64,000 nucleotides of DNA from Alphaproteobacteria bacterium (GCA_965221125.1 CBDCRW010000004.1:736001-800000); one strand, 5' to 3'; counted from the stretch's first letter, positions 27,789-39,107 are shown. Made by a program: numbers and translations. The notes: generated from the letters alone by a model not told the origin.

Positions 27789-29666
27789 ATGTCCATACCT
27801 GATGAGAAAATGAAAAATATCGAGCGCGTGACACGTCATAGCCCGAACATGCGGGACGAAATGTTGGCCCAGCTCTATGCCGTCGTTCCGGAGGCTTTCA
27901 CCGACGGCCAGCTTAATCTTGACACACTTGGTCAACTCGCAGGTGAAGTCGTATGCAGCGGCAGCGAAGGATTCTCATTTACGTGGTTCGGGAAACGAGA
28001 TGCGGTCGCTATGCTCCAGCTGCCGACGAGGGCAAGCTTAATTGCAGACAGGAGCGCCAGTGTTGATTTCGAAGAGGCATTTCACATCTTTATTGAGGGA
28101 GAAAACCTAGAAACACTAAAGACCTTGTATCGGGCTTATTTCGGCCGTGTGAAACTGATCTGTATTGATCCTCCTTATAACACCGGAAATGAATTTATCT
28201 ATTCTGACGATTTTTCTGATCCGCTGGAGCATTATTTTGAAGTTACAGGACAAAAGTCCTGTCGTGGTGAATATCTGACAACTCGAATCGAAAAGCATGG
28301 TCGCTTTCACTCAGCCTGGTTATCCATGATGTTTCCGAGGCTTGTCTTGGCTAGGCAACTATTGAGCGATGATGGAGTTATATGCATCAGCATCGCCGAT
28401 CATGAGTTGGCTAATTTGAAGCTTCTTATGAACGAAATTTTCGGTGAAGAAAATTTTATAGCACAGTTTGTTTGGAAAAGTAGAAAATTTCCTGACTCTC
28501 GCTCCACGACCCAAGTTTCCGTCGATCACGAGTATATATTAGCATACCGTCGTTCGTTTGGTGGCCAGTTTCGCGGAATCGAGCGTGATGAAAGCAAGTT
28601 TAGTAACCCGGACAACGATCCGCGTGGGCCGTGGATGAGCCGAAGCATGCTGGGACTTGCCACGGCGGAGCAGCGGCCCAATTTGCATTTTCCAATTGAA
28701 GATCCTGCGACCGGAGTTAGTTTCAACCCACCGGCCGCGCGAGGTTGGCGTTATTCAAAGTCTAGAATGAACAAACTTATCGAAGAAGGTTGCATTCTGT
28801 TCCCTGCGAACGCCGCCGGACGTCCCCGAGAGAAGAAGTTCATGAAGGATCTGCAAACGCAATTCATGGCAATACCGAGTATAATCGATGACGTCTTTAC
28901 ATCTGAAGGCACTGCGGAAATCAGGGAAATATTTGGTTTTCAGGCATTCGATTTTCCAAAACCCAAAGAACTTATCCGACGCCTCGTCGAACAAACCACT
29001 ACCGGGCAAGACCTTGTTTTGGATTTCTTCGCTGGCAGCTGTACTACTGCTCATGCCGTGATGGAACAAAACCGCAGGGACGGAGCACAACGCCGGTTCA
29101 TCTGTGTGCAGCTTCCAGAGCCGGTGGATCTTGGAAGCGAGGTCGCGCGTCGTGGATTTACGGACATAGCCAAGCTCGGCCTGCATCGTATCCGTACAGT
29201 CATGGAAAGATATTCCGTGTCTGATGCAGGCAGCCTGATGGCCGACAGCAAGGCCGATCGCAGCGAGGGTGTGCGTGTCTTCCGTCTCGTGGAGTCGAGT
29301 ATTCGAGCGTGGACTGGCGTGGAAACTAAGGATGCGGCGGCCTATGCGGACTTGCTTGAGGAGTTTGCCGATACGCTGGTGGACGGCTGGAAGCCCGAGA
29401 ATGTGATCTGGGAAGTTGCGTTGCGAGAGGGATTTGCGCTGTCATCTCAGATCGAGAAGTGTGATCTGGTCGAACAGACTGTCTACCGCGTGACGGACGC
29501 TGGACGTGAGCAGGGGTTTCACATTTGCCTAGACGACACGATCTCCGTCAAATCTATCCATCCCTTGGGATTGACGCGTCAAGACCTGTTCATCTGCAGG
29601 GACAAGGCGCTCGATGATACAGCCGCGGCAAACCTTGCACTGCAATGCCGACTGAGAGTGCTGTGA
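27789..29666 (+). CDS. mod: Type III R-M methyltransferase
   Basis: IEGENL, IDPPYNTG, FDFPKP, LDFFAGS. Confidence 0.93.
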   Translation: MSIPDEKMKNIERVTRHSPNMRDEMLAQLYAVVPEAFTDGQLNLDTLGQLAGEVVCSGSEGFSFTWFGKRDAVAMLQLPTRASLIADRSASVDFEEAFHIFIEGENLETLKTLYRAYFGRVKLICIDPPYNTGNEFIYSDDFSDPLEHYFEVTGQKSCRGEYLTTRIEKHGRFHSAWLSMMFPRLVLARQLLSDDGVICISIADHELANLKLLMNEIFGEENFIAQFVWKSRKFPDSRSTTQVSVDHEYILAYRRSFGGQFRGIERDESKFSNPDNDPRGPWMSRSMLGLATAEQRPNLHFPIEDPATGVSFNPPAARGWRYSKSRMNKLIEEGCILFPANAAGRPREKKFMKDLQTQFMAIPSIIDDVFTSEGTAEIREIFGFQAFDFPKPKELIRRLVEQTTTGQDLVLDFFAGSCTTAHAVMEQNRRDGAQRRFICVQLPEPVDLGSEVARRGFTDIAKLGLHRIRTVMERYSVSDAGSLMADSKADRSEGVRVFRLVESSIRAWTGVETKDAAAYADLLEEFADTLVDGWKPENVIWEVALREGFALSSQIEKCDLVEQTVYRVTDAGREQGFHICLDDTISVKSIHPLGLTRQDLFICRDKALDDTAAANLALQCRLRVL

Positions 29667-32383
29667 GGACTGCCCTGGAGTTCCGATTCGATCCGACCGA
29701 GGAAGTACAGGTCTCGGCGATTGAGGCGGCCTGCGGACTGCTCGACGGTCAGCCGCATGTGCCTGGTACGCTGGCTGTTCCCGAGGGAGCTCAATTTTCG
29801 GCTATCGTGAATCGACTTTCGCTTTCCAGGGAAGACCTGTTGAGAAACCTCCAAACGGTACAGGAGGAAGCGGATCTTCCGATTGACACTTCACTGGAGG
29901 TCATCGCCGGAACGATCGACACGTACGGCGGAACAAAGGATATCAGTTTCGAGAATTTCTCCATCGAAATGGAAACCGGAACGGGTAAGACATACGTTTA
30001 TCTGCGCACGGCGATGGAGTACTTTAAGCGTTTTGGGCTCCGCAAATTTATTGTCGTCGTTCCTTCCGTCGCGGTACGAGAAGGTGTCTTGAAAACACTT
30101 CAGGTAACGCGCGGCCACCTGAATGCTCTTTACGGCAATCCCCCATTTCATTTTTGCGCTTACGACTCTAGTAATCTGAGCCAGATACGGCAGTTTGCAT
30201 GGTCTGACGGCCTTGAACTTATGGTGATGACAATCGATGCGTTTGCTCGATCTGAAAACCTGATCCGGCAAGCCAACGACCGCCTTCAAGGGGAGCGCCC
30301 GCTACACCTCATTCAAGCTACTCGACCGGTACTGATTCTGGATGAACCGCAAAATATGGAAAGCGATAATCGCACTGCAGCACTGGCGAGCCTTAGCCCA
30401 ATGTTTGCTCTGCGTTACAGCGCAACCCATCGAACACCATACAACATCATCTATCGTCTCAGTCCCTTTGAGGCCTATCGGCAGGGACTAGTCAAAAGAA
30501 TTGAAATTGCGTCGGTGATCGAGGAAGACAATCAGAATCTACCATTTCTTCGACTCGATGAAGTCAGAATACAAAGCAAAAAGCCAGTTGCGCGCCTTGC
30601 GGTGCATAAATTGATGAAAAGTGGTTCGGTAAGGGAAACTGTTCTGACGATCAAAGGCGAGGACGATTTACGAAAAAAGGCCGGTCGTGTCGAATATCAA
30701 GGTTTTGTCGTCGAAGAGATAAATTTCGGTAGCCAATTCGTGCGGTTCACTAATAATGTCGAACTGAGCGCAGGCCAAACTAGTGGAGTAGAAAATGCAG
30801 AAATGTTTGAAGCACAGATTCGCTACACGATCGAAGAGCATATGCGTAAGCAGGATCGTTTGAAGGACCGGGGCATAAAGGTCTTATCTCTGTTCTTTGT
30901 CGACAAGGTTGAGAACTACGCGTCACAAGACGGCCTCGTCAGATTGCTGTTCGATCGGATATTCGATGAAGTCAAAGGACGGTACGCGGATTGGAAGGAG
31001 CGAAGGGGTGATGAAGTGCGCGCGGCATATTTTGCTACACGGGTAAGAAAGGGAGGGGCACCAGAATATTTCAATAGTACCGGAAGGACCCAAGCGGATG
31101 AGGAAGCATTTGCGCTAATCATGAAGGAAAAGGAGCGGCTTTTATCATTCGAAGAGCCCGTGGCTTTTGTTTTTTCGCACACAGCACTGAGAGAAGGGTG
31201 GGATAATCCAAATGTCTTTCAGATTTGCACCATGCGCGAAGTCGGTTCAGAGACTCAACGACGCCAACAGGTGGGACGCGGAGTGCGTCTTCCCGTGGAT
31301 CAGTCGGGCTACCGCATCCGCGATGAGAGGGTGAATGTGCTGACTGTTATTGCGAGCGAAACGTATGAACGCTTTGTAGCCGAGCTGCAGAACGAGGTCA
31401 GCAGTGAGTACATCTCGGGAGATGAACCGCCGAAACCGGCAGATGCGCGCAAGAAGAGGCGGTTGAAGCTCCGAAAGGCCCATTTGCTCAAGCCGGAATT
31501 CAGGGAACTGTGGGAGCGCATAAGGCAAAAGACACGCTACGCCGTGGCGATCGATGCCAGGAAGCTGGTCGACGACGTCATTCCCGATCTGGAAGCCCTG
31601 CACGTCCGCAAGCCGCGTATTACGATAGCCAAGGCGGAGGTTGTCGCGAACGATGAGGATACCTTCGAGGCGCTAACGCAGAGCGGCGCACGCACGGCCA
31701 TTGATCTTTCGGGACGGTATCCGCTACCCAACCTGATCGAGGTTATGGAAAACCTTATGGAGAATACCTCACCTCCTATGCGGGTAAGTCGAAATACATT
31801 AGTGGAGATATACCGGCGATCCGGGAAGCGGGAGTTGGCTCTGGACAATCCGCACGAGTTTGCAGCTGCCGCCGTAGGGTGCATCAAGAACAGGCTCGCA
31901 GATCAGCTGGTGGAGGGTATTCGTTACGAGAGAATCGACGAATGGTATGAAATGACCCAGTTCGTGTCCGAGATCGAAACGTGGTCCGATCATGTAGTGC
32001 CGAGCGAACGGAGAAACGGCGCGGGAGGAACGCATATCTACGATGCGGTACCCTTCGACTCTGAGACTATTGAAAGATCATTTATTGCAGGGCTTGAAAA
32101 GCGCAAGGACGTGAAATTGTACATCAAACTGCCGTCTTGGTTCACGGTGACAACGCCGGTGGGAGAATACAATCCAGACTGGGCAGTGGTGATGGATAAC
32201 CCGGACAGCGGGGATGACATGCTTTACCTTGTGCGCGAGACCAAGGGTACGCTAAGTCTCAACGATTTGAGGCCCAATGAACGGCGCAAGATAGCCTGCG
32301 GTCGACGACATTTCGGGGATGCGCTCAAGGTGAGCTACGGTGTGGTGACGGGAGTGGATCAATTGCCCGGTGGCGAGGTATAG
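29663..32383 (+). CDS. res: Type III R-M restriction subunit
   Basis: EMETGTGKT, LDEPQ, LREGWDNPNVFQIC, QQVGRGVR, YNPDWA...ETKG; GTGA overlap. Confidence 0.93.
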   Translation: MRTALEFRFDPTEEVQVSAIEAACGLLDGQPHVPGTLAVPEGAQFSAIVNRLSLSREDLLRNLQTVQEEADLPIDTSLEVIAGTIDTYGGTKDISFENFSIEMETGTGKTYVYLRTAMEYFKRFGLRKFIVVVPSVAVREGVLKTLQVTRGHLNALYGNPPFHFCAYDSSNLSQIRQFAWSDGLELMVMTIDAFARSENLIRQANDRLQGERPLHLIQATRPVLILDEPQNMESDNRTAALASLSPMFALRYSATHRTPYNIIYRLSPFEAYRQGLVKRIEIASVIEEDNQNLPFLRLDEVRIQSKKPVARLAVHKLMKSGSVRETVLTIKGEDDLRKKAGRVEYQGFVVEEINFGSQFVRFTNNVELSAGQTSGVENAEMFEAQIRYTIEEHMRKQDRLKDRGIKVLSLFFVDKVENYASQDGLVRLLFDRIFDEVKGRYADWKERRGDEVRAAYFATRVRKGGAPEYFNSTGRTQADEEAFALIMKEKERLLSFEEPVAFVFSHTALREGWDNPNVFQICTMREVGSETQRRQQVGRGVRLPVDQSGYRIRDERVNVLTVIASETYERFVAELQNEVSSEYISGDEPPKPADARKKRRLKLRKAHLLKPEFRELWERIRQKTRYAVAIDARKLVDDVIPDLEALHVRKPRITIAKAEVVANDEDTFEALTQSGARTAIDLSGRYPLPNLIEVMENLMENTSPPMRVSRNTLVEIYRRSGKRELALDNPHEFAAAAVGCIKNRLADQLVEGIRYERIDEWYEMTQFVSEIETWSDHVVPSERRNGAGGTHIYDAVPFDSETIERSFIAGLEKRKDVKLYIKLPSWFTVTTPVGEYNPDWAVVMDNPDSGDDMLYLVRETKGTLSLNDLRPNERRKIACGRRHFGDALKVSYGVVTGVDQLPGGEV

Positions 32384-32421
32384 GCAATGACTGTCGTGGC
32401 TTTGGCAAGCGGGGTGCAGCC

Positions 32422-33426
32422 GTGGTGAGGTCTTCGGGAAGAACCGGAAGTCGAACGGGAACGAAAGACGTGGTCCTGTGGAGGCGGCTGACGAATACCG
32501 ATTTCAAGGCGATGAATGGACTGGCGGCGCCGCACGGTCGAGGCGGGGGAGCCATGCACATCGCTCTTGGTGTCGAATCGGATGACTTCCCCATACGCCA
32601 ATTCCTACAAACGCGAAAGACGGAGGTCACTATAGTAACACAGGGTTGGCGGGGTCACCACGAGGAAGCGCAACTGACCTTTTCGGGCAATCCGGACCGT
32701 CGGGGCGGTGAATGGCGCATTACGGATCAATATTCCCACAGGCACCCGGCATGGACATCAGGCGCCGGTTTCCCAGGCACATATGACTCTGGCGACCCTC
32801 CGTACGTGCTTGTTTTCAGATCGCAAGATCAATTCCACGTCCGGCTAACGAGTGCGAGCGAGCTTCTATCGTTAAAGAGCGACGCGCCGCGGCGGTCCCG
32901 CTCAGATCCCAAAGGCATTGGCGAGGTAACGCCAGGCCTTGCTCTACACTTCAATGTGCCGGAAAAATCGTCTCTGGACTATTTTGAGAAGCAGCAAGTA
33001 GAGGAACCGGAAACGTTCGATCCAAGCGATATCGCAGATGCGCGCGAGAAAACGTTCGGAGCTATTCTACGGCGACAGGGCCAACAACAATTTCGCCGGA
33101 AATTGCTGCGAGCCTATCGCAACACGTGTGCGATTTCTGGCTGTAGTACCCTTTGGGTATTGGAAGCAGCACATATCACTCCATACAGAGGGACAAAGAC
33201 AAATACGCTTGGGAACGGTCTCATACTGCGCGCCGACGTTCACACTCTATTTGATCTCGGACTGATATCGGTACACCCGTCCGCATTGGAAGTCAGAGTA
33301 TCGAGATTGGTGCCGGAGCAAGAATATTCGTCTCTGGACGGACGGCCGCTCGCGGTACCCAGAACAAAGTCCGCACAGCCGAGCAAGGCCGCCCTGCAGG
33401 ACCATTTTCGTCGGTTTCGTGGATAG
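32422..33426 (+). CDS. HNH endonuclease with uncharacterised N-terminal domain
   Basis: RQGQQQFR...CAISG...LEAAHITPY...NGLILRADVHTLFD. Confidence 0.88.
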   Translation: MVRSSGRTGSRTGTKDVVLWRRLTNTDFKAMNGLAAPHGRGGGAMHIALGVESDDFPIRQFLQTRKTEVTIVTQGWRGHHEEAQLTFSGNPDRRGGEWRITDQYSHRHPAWTSGAGFPGTYDSGDPPYVLVFRSQDQFHVRLTSASELLSLKSDAPRRSRSDPKGIGEVTPGLALHFNVPEKSSLDYFEKQQVEEPETFDPSDIADAREKTFGAILRRQGQQQFRRKLLRAYRNTCAISGCSTLWVLEAAHITPYRGTKTNTLGNGLILRADVHTLFDLGLISVHPSALEVRVSRLVPEQEYSSLDGRPLAVPRTKSAQPSKAALQDHFRRFRG

Positions 33427-33840
33427 GCTTCGGCAGCAATTGGAATCGTGATCGCCGTGGAGATGAAGCCGTCTCCATCGTGCCGTGGTGGGAAACGGCG
33501 GCGGATACCCCCCGGACATCTGACCGCCACGCCGCACGCTCAGGGCCGGTCGCATCCTCTCGATGGTGTGAACCCGCATGGTGGAGACCGCGTCCGAGGG
33601 AAGCGGAGCGGTCCGCCTGCGGCGCGTCATGCGGTCGGCAAGACCCTGATACGGTGGCCAACCCAGGAGCGGTGCACTGTGATCGGCGGAGGAGGGGCAT
33701 CACGCCGTGAGGGCGGGCGTCGCCTCGCGCAGGCGAGTGGGTAATGTTGGTGGTCTTGGGAGCGGTCTCTCCGGCGGTGGTGCGGAGGACCGACTCTCGG
33801 TCTTCCGGATCGTCACGGCGGACGCCGGCCCCTGCGGAAT

Positions 33841-36129
33841 TCACTCTGATGACGACCGCGTTGTCCACGCACGAGACTTGCCAAGATCTACAAGCTGATG
33901 CGTCACGGAAACTTTAATTGCATTTTCTTCATCCTTTGGAACAATATATTGATGAAAGGCCGGTGGAATAAAAAAGTACACGTGGTCCCTATAGTACTGC
34001 AAACGCGACGAATCCAGTTCAATCGCCCCGTGAGGTTCGGCCACTCCATGAATGAGCTCCTCTAAAGTCACATGATAGAGGAAGGCGGTATCTAACTCAT
34101 CCGTGCCCGACCAAGTAATGCAGTTCGCAAACCAGACCACTGCAAAGGTTGAAAACGTGCGAATTATTTCCCCAAACGCCTTTGACGCGGAAATTGGAAT
34201 ACGTATGTAGAATCCCCCTAACTCCGTTGAACCATGGCTATCAACAATCTGGAGTAGCTTTCCGGGAACATCGGCTACGCCACCATCGTTGACTGCTTGA
34301 GTTTGATAATGTTGGTTATCCGAAGATACTTGAACCTGGGTGATGTCTTGCGCACTAACAATTTCAACTTGCGCTCCGAGACTTCGTCTTCTTACACCCT
34401 CTTGGGACGGACCCATCATCGAGGTCTCTATCTCACTCGGGACCAACTCCCAGAGTTCCGAGTGAGACTTTGCAAACGCTTCCAAATCTACTGCTCCATC
34501 GCCAAAAAACTTCGTGCTCCTTCTCTTAAGAGTATCCCCGAGATACTCCCTACTAAACGCTTCGATCATTGACCAAAGCAGTGGGGAGTAACCGAGTGGT
34601 CTTAGTTTCGCGAACTCCGCATGTCTCGTATCAACGTACACCACCGTTTTTCCATGTTCCTTTTTGTCACTCCAAAATATAGGAACATCCAAGGTCAATT
34701 TGCCCGGAAAAAAGGCAAATGTTTCTGGCTGATATAATCTCCTTATCGCCATATCCAACTCGGCAAGCAGTGCCCGTTCGAAGTCGTCTAACTCCACGTA
34801 TGGTTCCAAACGCTCAATCAAATTATCGAACGCGCTAGCCCTACAGAGTTGAGTGAGGTAAGAGATTTCGGCTCTGCGTCTATTCCTGTCCCCAGAAATA
34901 CACACCACAACATCCCCTTTGGCTTGAAGAACTTCCGCGGCCGGGGTTGTTGTGCTGGATAGTGAATAGAACACTCTCCTTTCCTTCGACATCTCCTCGA
35001 CATCCGATAAAAGAAGCGATCTACCATCTAAAGCGCGCACTCTGAGCAAGGCTAGCGAAGATAGGTCACCCGCTGCCAATATATCCGGAAGAAGCCTAAT
35101 GTGTTCGGAAAGTAACTCTTCATCCTGAACGACAAGGTTGCGCGCGTGGGCCTCGACGCACCGGAACATCTGTGTAATTTTTGAAAGAGACTCCGCATTC
35201 ACAGTATCTCTGCCCGCGGTCGGCGCCACCATATCTGAATCGAACCAACCGCTAATACCAATGCGGGAACTAATGTTTACCTCACAAATTCTAAATCCTC
35301 GCTTGAACGTGCGAACCGCGCCGTTCTCGAGCCGTACAAATCCCGCAAAGTCGATTACCTTCTCTGACTCCGTGGCGTCGATGAACTCAGCCGCCAAACT
35401 AGCTCCCTCGTCCTTGTAGAGGCGATAGGAGAACCGAACAGACCCTGCACGGTCCGTCAAGACTCCCGTAACCGGTGTGTAATTCTCACCTATTGAGGTC
35501 GTGCGCCCGCCGGAGATTCGGGTGCCGTCAAAATAGATTGGTTCCTCCACGTTGGATACAAATTGCTTTATGTACTCGAGCAACTGTTGTTTGTCGAAGT
35601 CTGATGCTGCTAATCCCACAACGACAGTACCGTGTGAATCCAACTGAGCTGTTTCCCGATACTTCACCGTTGGAAGCTGGCCCGCTAAAGTATCAAACTC
35701 ATCCTTACTAAGAGAAGTCTCGTGAGCGACCGAACAAGCTGTAGTACGTGAAACGACGGTTAGCTTCTCGCATACACCAAAGTTAGCGAATCCACCAATC
35801 CCGAACGTGCCTATGCATCCTGCACGCTTTGCCTCTTGCGTGTGCTTTCCACTTGCACCCATAGTCCAAAAATTTTGTCTTAGCTCATCCTTCGTCATTC
35901 CATTTCCGTCATCCTGGATCTCGCACCGATTGCCTTCAATCCGAATATCAATTCGATAGCCGGACTTCACGGACCGGTCATCCCGGGAGGCTTGAATGCG
36001 TACGGCGTCAATAGCGTTTTGTAGATTCTCTCTCAGAAACGCAAATTGATTGTCGTAGATGTGGCTAGCGATCGTTTCCAAAACCCGCGGAAAATCCACA
36101 CCAACATTGAAGTCGGCTTGATCAGACAT
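33841..36129 (-). CDS. Hsp90-like GHKL ATPase
   Basis: FLRENLQNAIDA, DDGNGMT, IGTFGIGG, HGTVV. Confidence 0.85.
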   Translation of the reverse strand: MSDQADFNVGVDFPRVLETIASHIYDNQFAFLRENLQNAIDAVRIQASRDDRSVKSGYRIDIRIEGNRCEIQDDGNGMTKDELRQNFWTMGASGKHTQEAKRAGCIGTFGIGGFANFGVCEKLTVVSRTTACSVAHETSLSKDEFDTLAGQLPTVKYRETAQLDSHGTVVVGLAASDFDKQQLLEYIKQFVSNVEEPIYFDGTRISGGRTTSIGENYTPVTGVLTDRAGSVRFSYRLYKDEGASLAAEFIDATESEKVIDFAGFVRLENGAVRTFKRGFRICEVNISSRIGISGWFDSDMVAPTAGRDTVNAESLSKITQMFRCVEAHARNLVVQDEELLSEHIRLLPDILAAGDLSSLALLRVRALDGRSLLLSDVEEMSKERRVFYSLSSTTTPAAEVLQAKGDVVVCISGDRNRRRAEISYLTQLCRASAFDNLIERLEPYVELDDFERALLAELDMAIRRLYQPETFAFFPGKLTLDVPIFWSDKKEHGKTVVYVDTRHAEFAKLRPLGYSPLLWSMIEAFSREYLGDTLKRRSTKFFGDGAVDLEAFAKSHSELWELVPSEIETSMMGPSQEGVRRRSLGAQVEIVSAQDITQVQVSSDNQHYQTQAVNDGGVADVPGKLLQIVDSHGSTELGGFYIRIPISASKAFGEIIRTFSTFAVVWFANCITWSGTDELDTAFLYHVTLEELIHGVAEPHGAIELDSSRLQYYRDHVYFFIPPAFHQYIVPKDEENAIKVSVTHQLVDLGKSRAWTTRSSSE

Positions 36130-37876
36130 CACCGTTCTCCAACCGTGTCAGGAGATCTGAATCCCCAATTGAGCCCGCAACTCGCGTTGCTACGCCCTTG
36201 AGTTGACTGAAGGGCACGCCCAATGAGCGGGCCCGCTCCAAATGCTCCGAAGCGCGCTCATAATTGTCAACGTTCAGGCAACAGGTGGCGTCCAGGAAGT
36301 GATCTTGACCGGTCGCGTGCGGATACTGTAACAGGCGTTGGGATGCTTGGGCTGCCTCATCGTGATTACCTTGGGCCAAATGCAACTTTGCCAGAGCACG
36401 TAGTGCAGCCATTTCGTCTATTTCAGAAAGATCGCGTTGTTGTAACATGCGATGCAGTATAGTCACCCCGAAGTCAATTGAACCTCCCTCAGCGAGCTTG
36501 AGGGCTTGTAGAACGACTTGGTTTCCTCCAGAAGATTCGCTGCCACCGTCAAGCAGGACCTGTAGAATCCGTTCACAGTGCTCCTCTCGCTTCGCTAGCG
36601 ACGATTGAGCATGCGCGCTATCAGCGCAATCCGTCATGGCTTCGGAATAAAGATTCAAACACTGCACGATAGCGTTGTCCCATTGGTCTCGGCCCCAACA
36701 CGCCTTCCAGTGGATGAGAAATACGAGGCGTTTAATGCTCTGAGCAAGAGTAGTTTCGGCCGCCAGTGGGTCGGCCAAGGAAAGAAAAATGAGTTCGTCA
36801 CCATACAATATCGGAATTTCTGTAACTTTTTGTGACACCAAGCAGGTCAAATAATTGGTATAGGGAGTTGGGTGCGAGGAAACGATAGAGGAAACATCAT
36901 GCAAGTTGATCGAGTAGTCTCGTCGATCGGTTAATGTCCAAGACACGGGCTCTTGCTTCTCCCATGTCTTATTGTCATTCCTGTACTTGTGGACAACACA
37001 TTTTCCATCGCCTGTTAGTAGGTCTACAACTCCGTAGCCGTAACAGTTGGCTGACAAGCGGCTCTCATAAGATGCACCAGCCGTAAAGACTTTCAATTGA
37101 TTTCCAGCTTGAGACACGGTCTCTACTGAATCTTCGTGGACGTGGCCTCGAAGTAGAAGATGACAGTGTTCGGCAGCAAGATGCTTGATCGCTGTATGCT
37201 CAAAGGGGGCGAGCCAATCCAGTGGATGGTGCATAAGTCCTATGACTAATGACGGTTCAGAAAGTTTCGAGGAAAGGTCAATCAATTGTCGTTCGCCAAC
37301 CAATATGGAATGAGAATCGGTTTCTCCACCTTCTGATAGCCAAGTGGAGTCTATGAGGAGAACGGCAATGCTTAGACCGTGTATGTCGTGTTGAACAGAG
37401 TGTTGATAGCTAGTCTCGGAATAACGGTGTTCGTTACACAGTCTATTTGCAAATTCTCGGAATGCAGACTGTCTACGAAACAAAGTGCGACGCCGAGCTT
37501 CGTTACCAAGAAATTTGTCTACCTGGGTACTATCCTTTAAAAGAGACCTAGCGCCAGTAAAGGCATCGACTTCGATGTCTCGATTGATGTCATGGTTGCC
37601 TGGCACAAGCAATAATTTATCACTAGGGACACCAGTGTTTGCCAATAGTTGGCGGAGAAAGTCCTCAACGATCAAATACTCTTCAGTTTTCCCAGAAAAG
37701 GCCAAGTCGCCCGTAATGAAGATGAAGTCAAGAGGGATTCCAGTACAGTAGCGGTTGGATATGTCAGTTAAGAGGCTCTTGAGAACCACATCTTGGGACC
37801 ACTGCTCACTTTCCTTGAGATGAAAGTCGGATAGGTGGAGCCAACTCAATTGTTTTTGCAACGAAATGCTGGTCAT
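36122..37876 (-). CDS. Calcineurin-like metallophosphoesterase with C-terminal TPR-like repeats
   Basis: HLSDFH, TGDL, PGNHD, MHHP, GHVH; helical ALAKLHLAQGNHDEA repeats. Confidence 0.85.
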   Translation of the reverse strand: MTSISLQKQLSWLHLSDFHLKESEQWSQDVVLKSLLTDISNRYCTGIPLDFIFITGDLAFSGKTEEYLIVEDFLRQLLANTGVPSDKLLLVPGNHDINRDIEVDAFTGARSLLKDSTQVDKFLGNEARRRTLFRRQSAFREFANRLCNEHRYSETSYQHSVQHDIHGLSIAVLLIDSTWLSEGGETDSHSILVGERQLIDLSSKLSEPSLVIGLMHHPLDWLAPFEHTAIKHLAAEHCHLLLRGHVHEDSVETVSQAGNQLKVFTAGASYESRLSANCYGYGVVDLLTGDGKCVVHKYRNDNKTWEKQEPVSWTLTDRRDYSINLHDVSSIVSSHPTPYTNYLTCLVSQKVTEIPILYGDELIFLSLADPLAAETTLAQSIKRLVFLIHWKACWGRDQWDNAIVQCLNLYSEAMTDCADSAHAQSSLAKREEHCERILQVLLDGGSESSGGNQVVLQALKLAEGGSIDFGVTILHRMLQQRDLSEIDEMAALRALAKLHLAQGNHDEAAQASQRLLQYPHATGQDHFLDATCCLNVDNYERASEHLERARSLGVPFSQLKGVATRVAGSIGDSDLLTRLENGDV

Positions 37877-38439
37877 TTCGGGCCCCGGTACGGAAGCGAG
37901 CTGTTGGGACTAGCGTTTGGAGATAGCTGTGATGGCGTGGAGAGGAAGCAGAAATGTGGATTCCCTGGCGAGACGTGTAGGGTGTCGAATTCAGTTGTTT
38001 GGAGGTGTAGCGTGCGGTAGGTAAGCTTCATGGCCCTTAAGTCTTGTTGCACACTGACGGGGTATTGAGGGGAAAGAGAGTTGGTGCGGGGCTTCTGCTC
38101 CCGAGGGTGAGGGGTCGAGGTTAGTTCATTGCCGTGCAGTCGAAAGCGGCGGATGAGGAGTATTAGCCGAGTCAAAGCAGGTGGGCAACGCCCACTCCGC
38201 ATGACCGCGCTGGATCGGAGACGAACTAGAGCCACTGCGAGAACCGAGTCAGGTCGGTAGGGGCCGCGACGGTTCCGGGGACAGCAAGGATCACGAGGTA
38301 GTCTTGAACGGAGATGGGTGGCGCCACGAGTAGTTCTCGTATCGTGCGCGTGGCATCGGAGAATGGACCGGGCACCAGGCCGAGGTGGTTGGACAGAAAG
38401 CCGACGGGGTGCCCCAGTCCTTGCCTCGGACAGCTCAAT

Positions 38440-38705
38440 GCAATCGTTCTAGACGTGCTCCCAGCGCAGGAACTGGATCTCCGACAACCGGCAGGCCGAG
38501 GGTGTCCTTGAACCCGGCGTTGGGCCCGGGGTCGAGTGCTGGTGCGTGTCATGCGGTATCGAGGTCGCGCTCGATGCTGTTGCCGATGCGCGCCGCAGGC
38601 GTCTCCACGGTATCGCGGGCGAGATGTGCATACCGGGCGATTGTCTGAACCTGCGTATGGCCGAGCAGCTTCCCGATCAATGGCAGCGCCTCGCGCAAGG
38701 CAAGG
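38440..38705 (-). pseudogene. Two scrambled tyrosine integrase fragments
   Basis: CRLSEIQFLRWEHV (~38449-38495) and IGKLLGHTQVQTIARYAHLARD (38549-38705) closely match the integrase at 21068. Confidence 0.85.
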
Positions 38706-39107
38706 GTACGCGAGGCGAAAATACAGCGTAGGTCCTGATCCAATTGTTTTGGCGGGTCGGCGAAGTCAGATGCGGGTCCGGGGAAGCAGCAGAATTCGAT
38801 GACGAGGACATGGAGGGCCGGCCGGGGTCTGGAGGTTGAACGCAACCGCTTTCGGCACGAAGACAAACGCTGCGCACGTTTCGCCTATCAAATCGAGAAA
38901 TCGAGGAATTCCGCGGGGTTGCGCGCACCCTCGCCGCATCGGGCCGCCATTCTGACGAAACGAGGGCATAGATGAGCGTGGGCGACAGCTACGGCCACGG
39001 GAAGGGCCGGTTGACGCCGCGGTGGGGCGGTCCTATGCCCCGAAGGATCGGGGGCAGGCCGACGGGACAGGGTGGTGAGCGAACGAATCGCACGGCTGCG
39101 TATTGAG

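Noticed and set aside
27789-29666. Phase-variable mod gene
   Set aside because: No simple-sequence repeat tract seen.
33430-33840. Short ORFs between the HNH and Hsp90-like genes
   Set aside because: No recognisable motifs; probably decayed backbone sequence.
38075-38125. Minus-strand tRNA end (TGGTGCGGG)
   Set aside because: No T-loop at the expected spacing.
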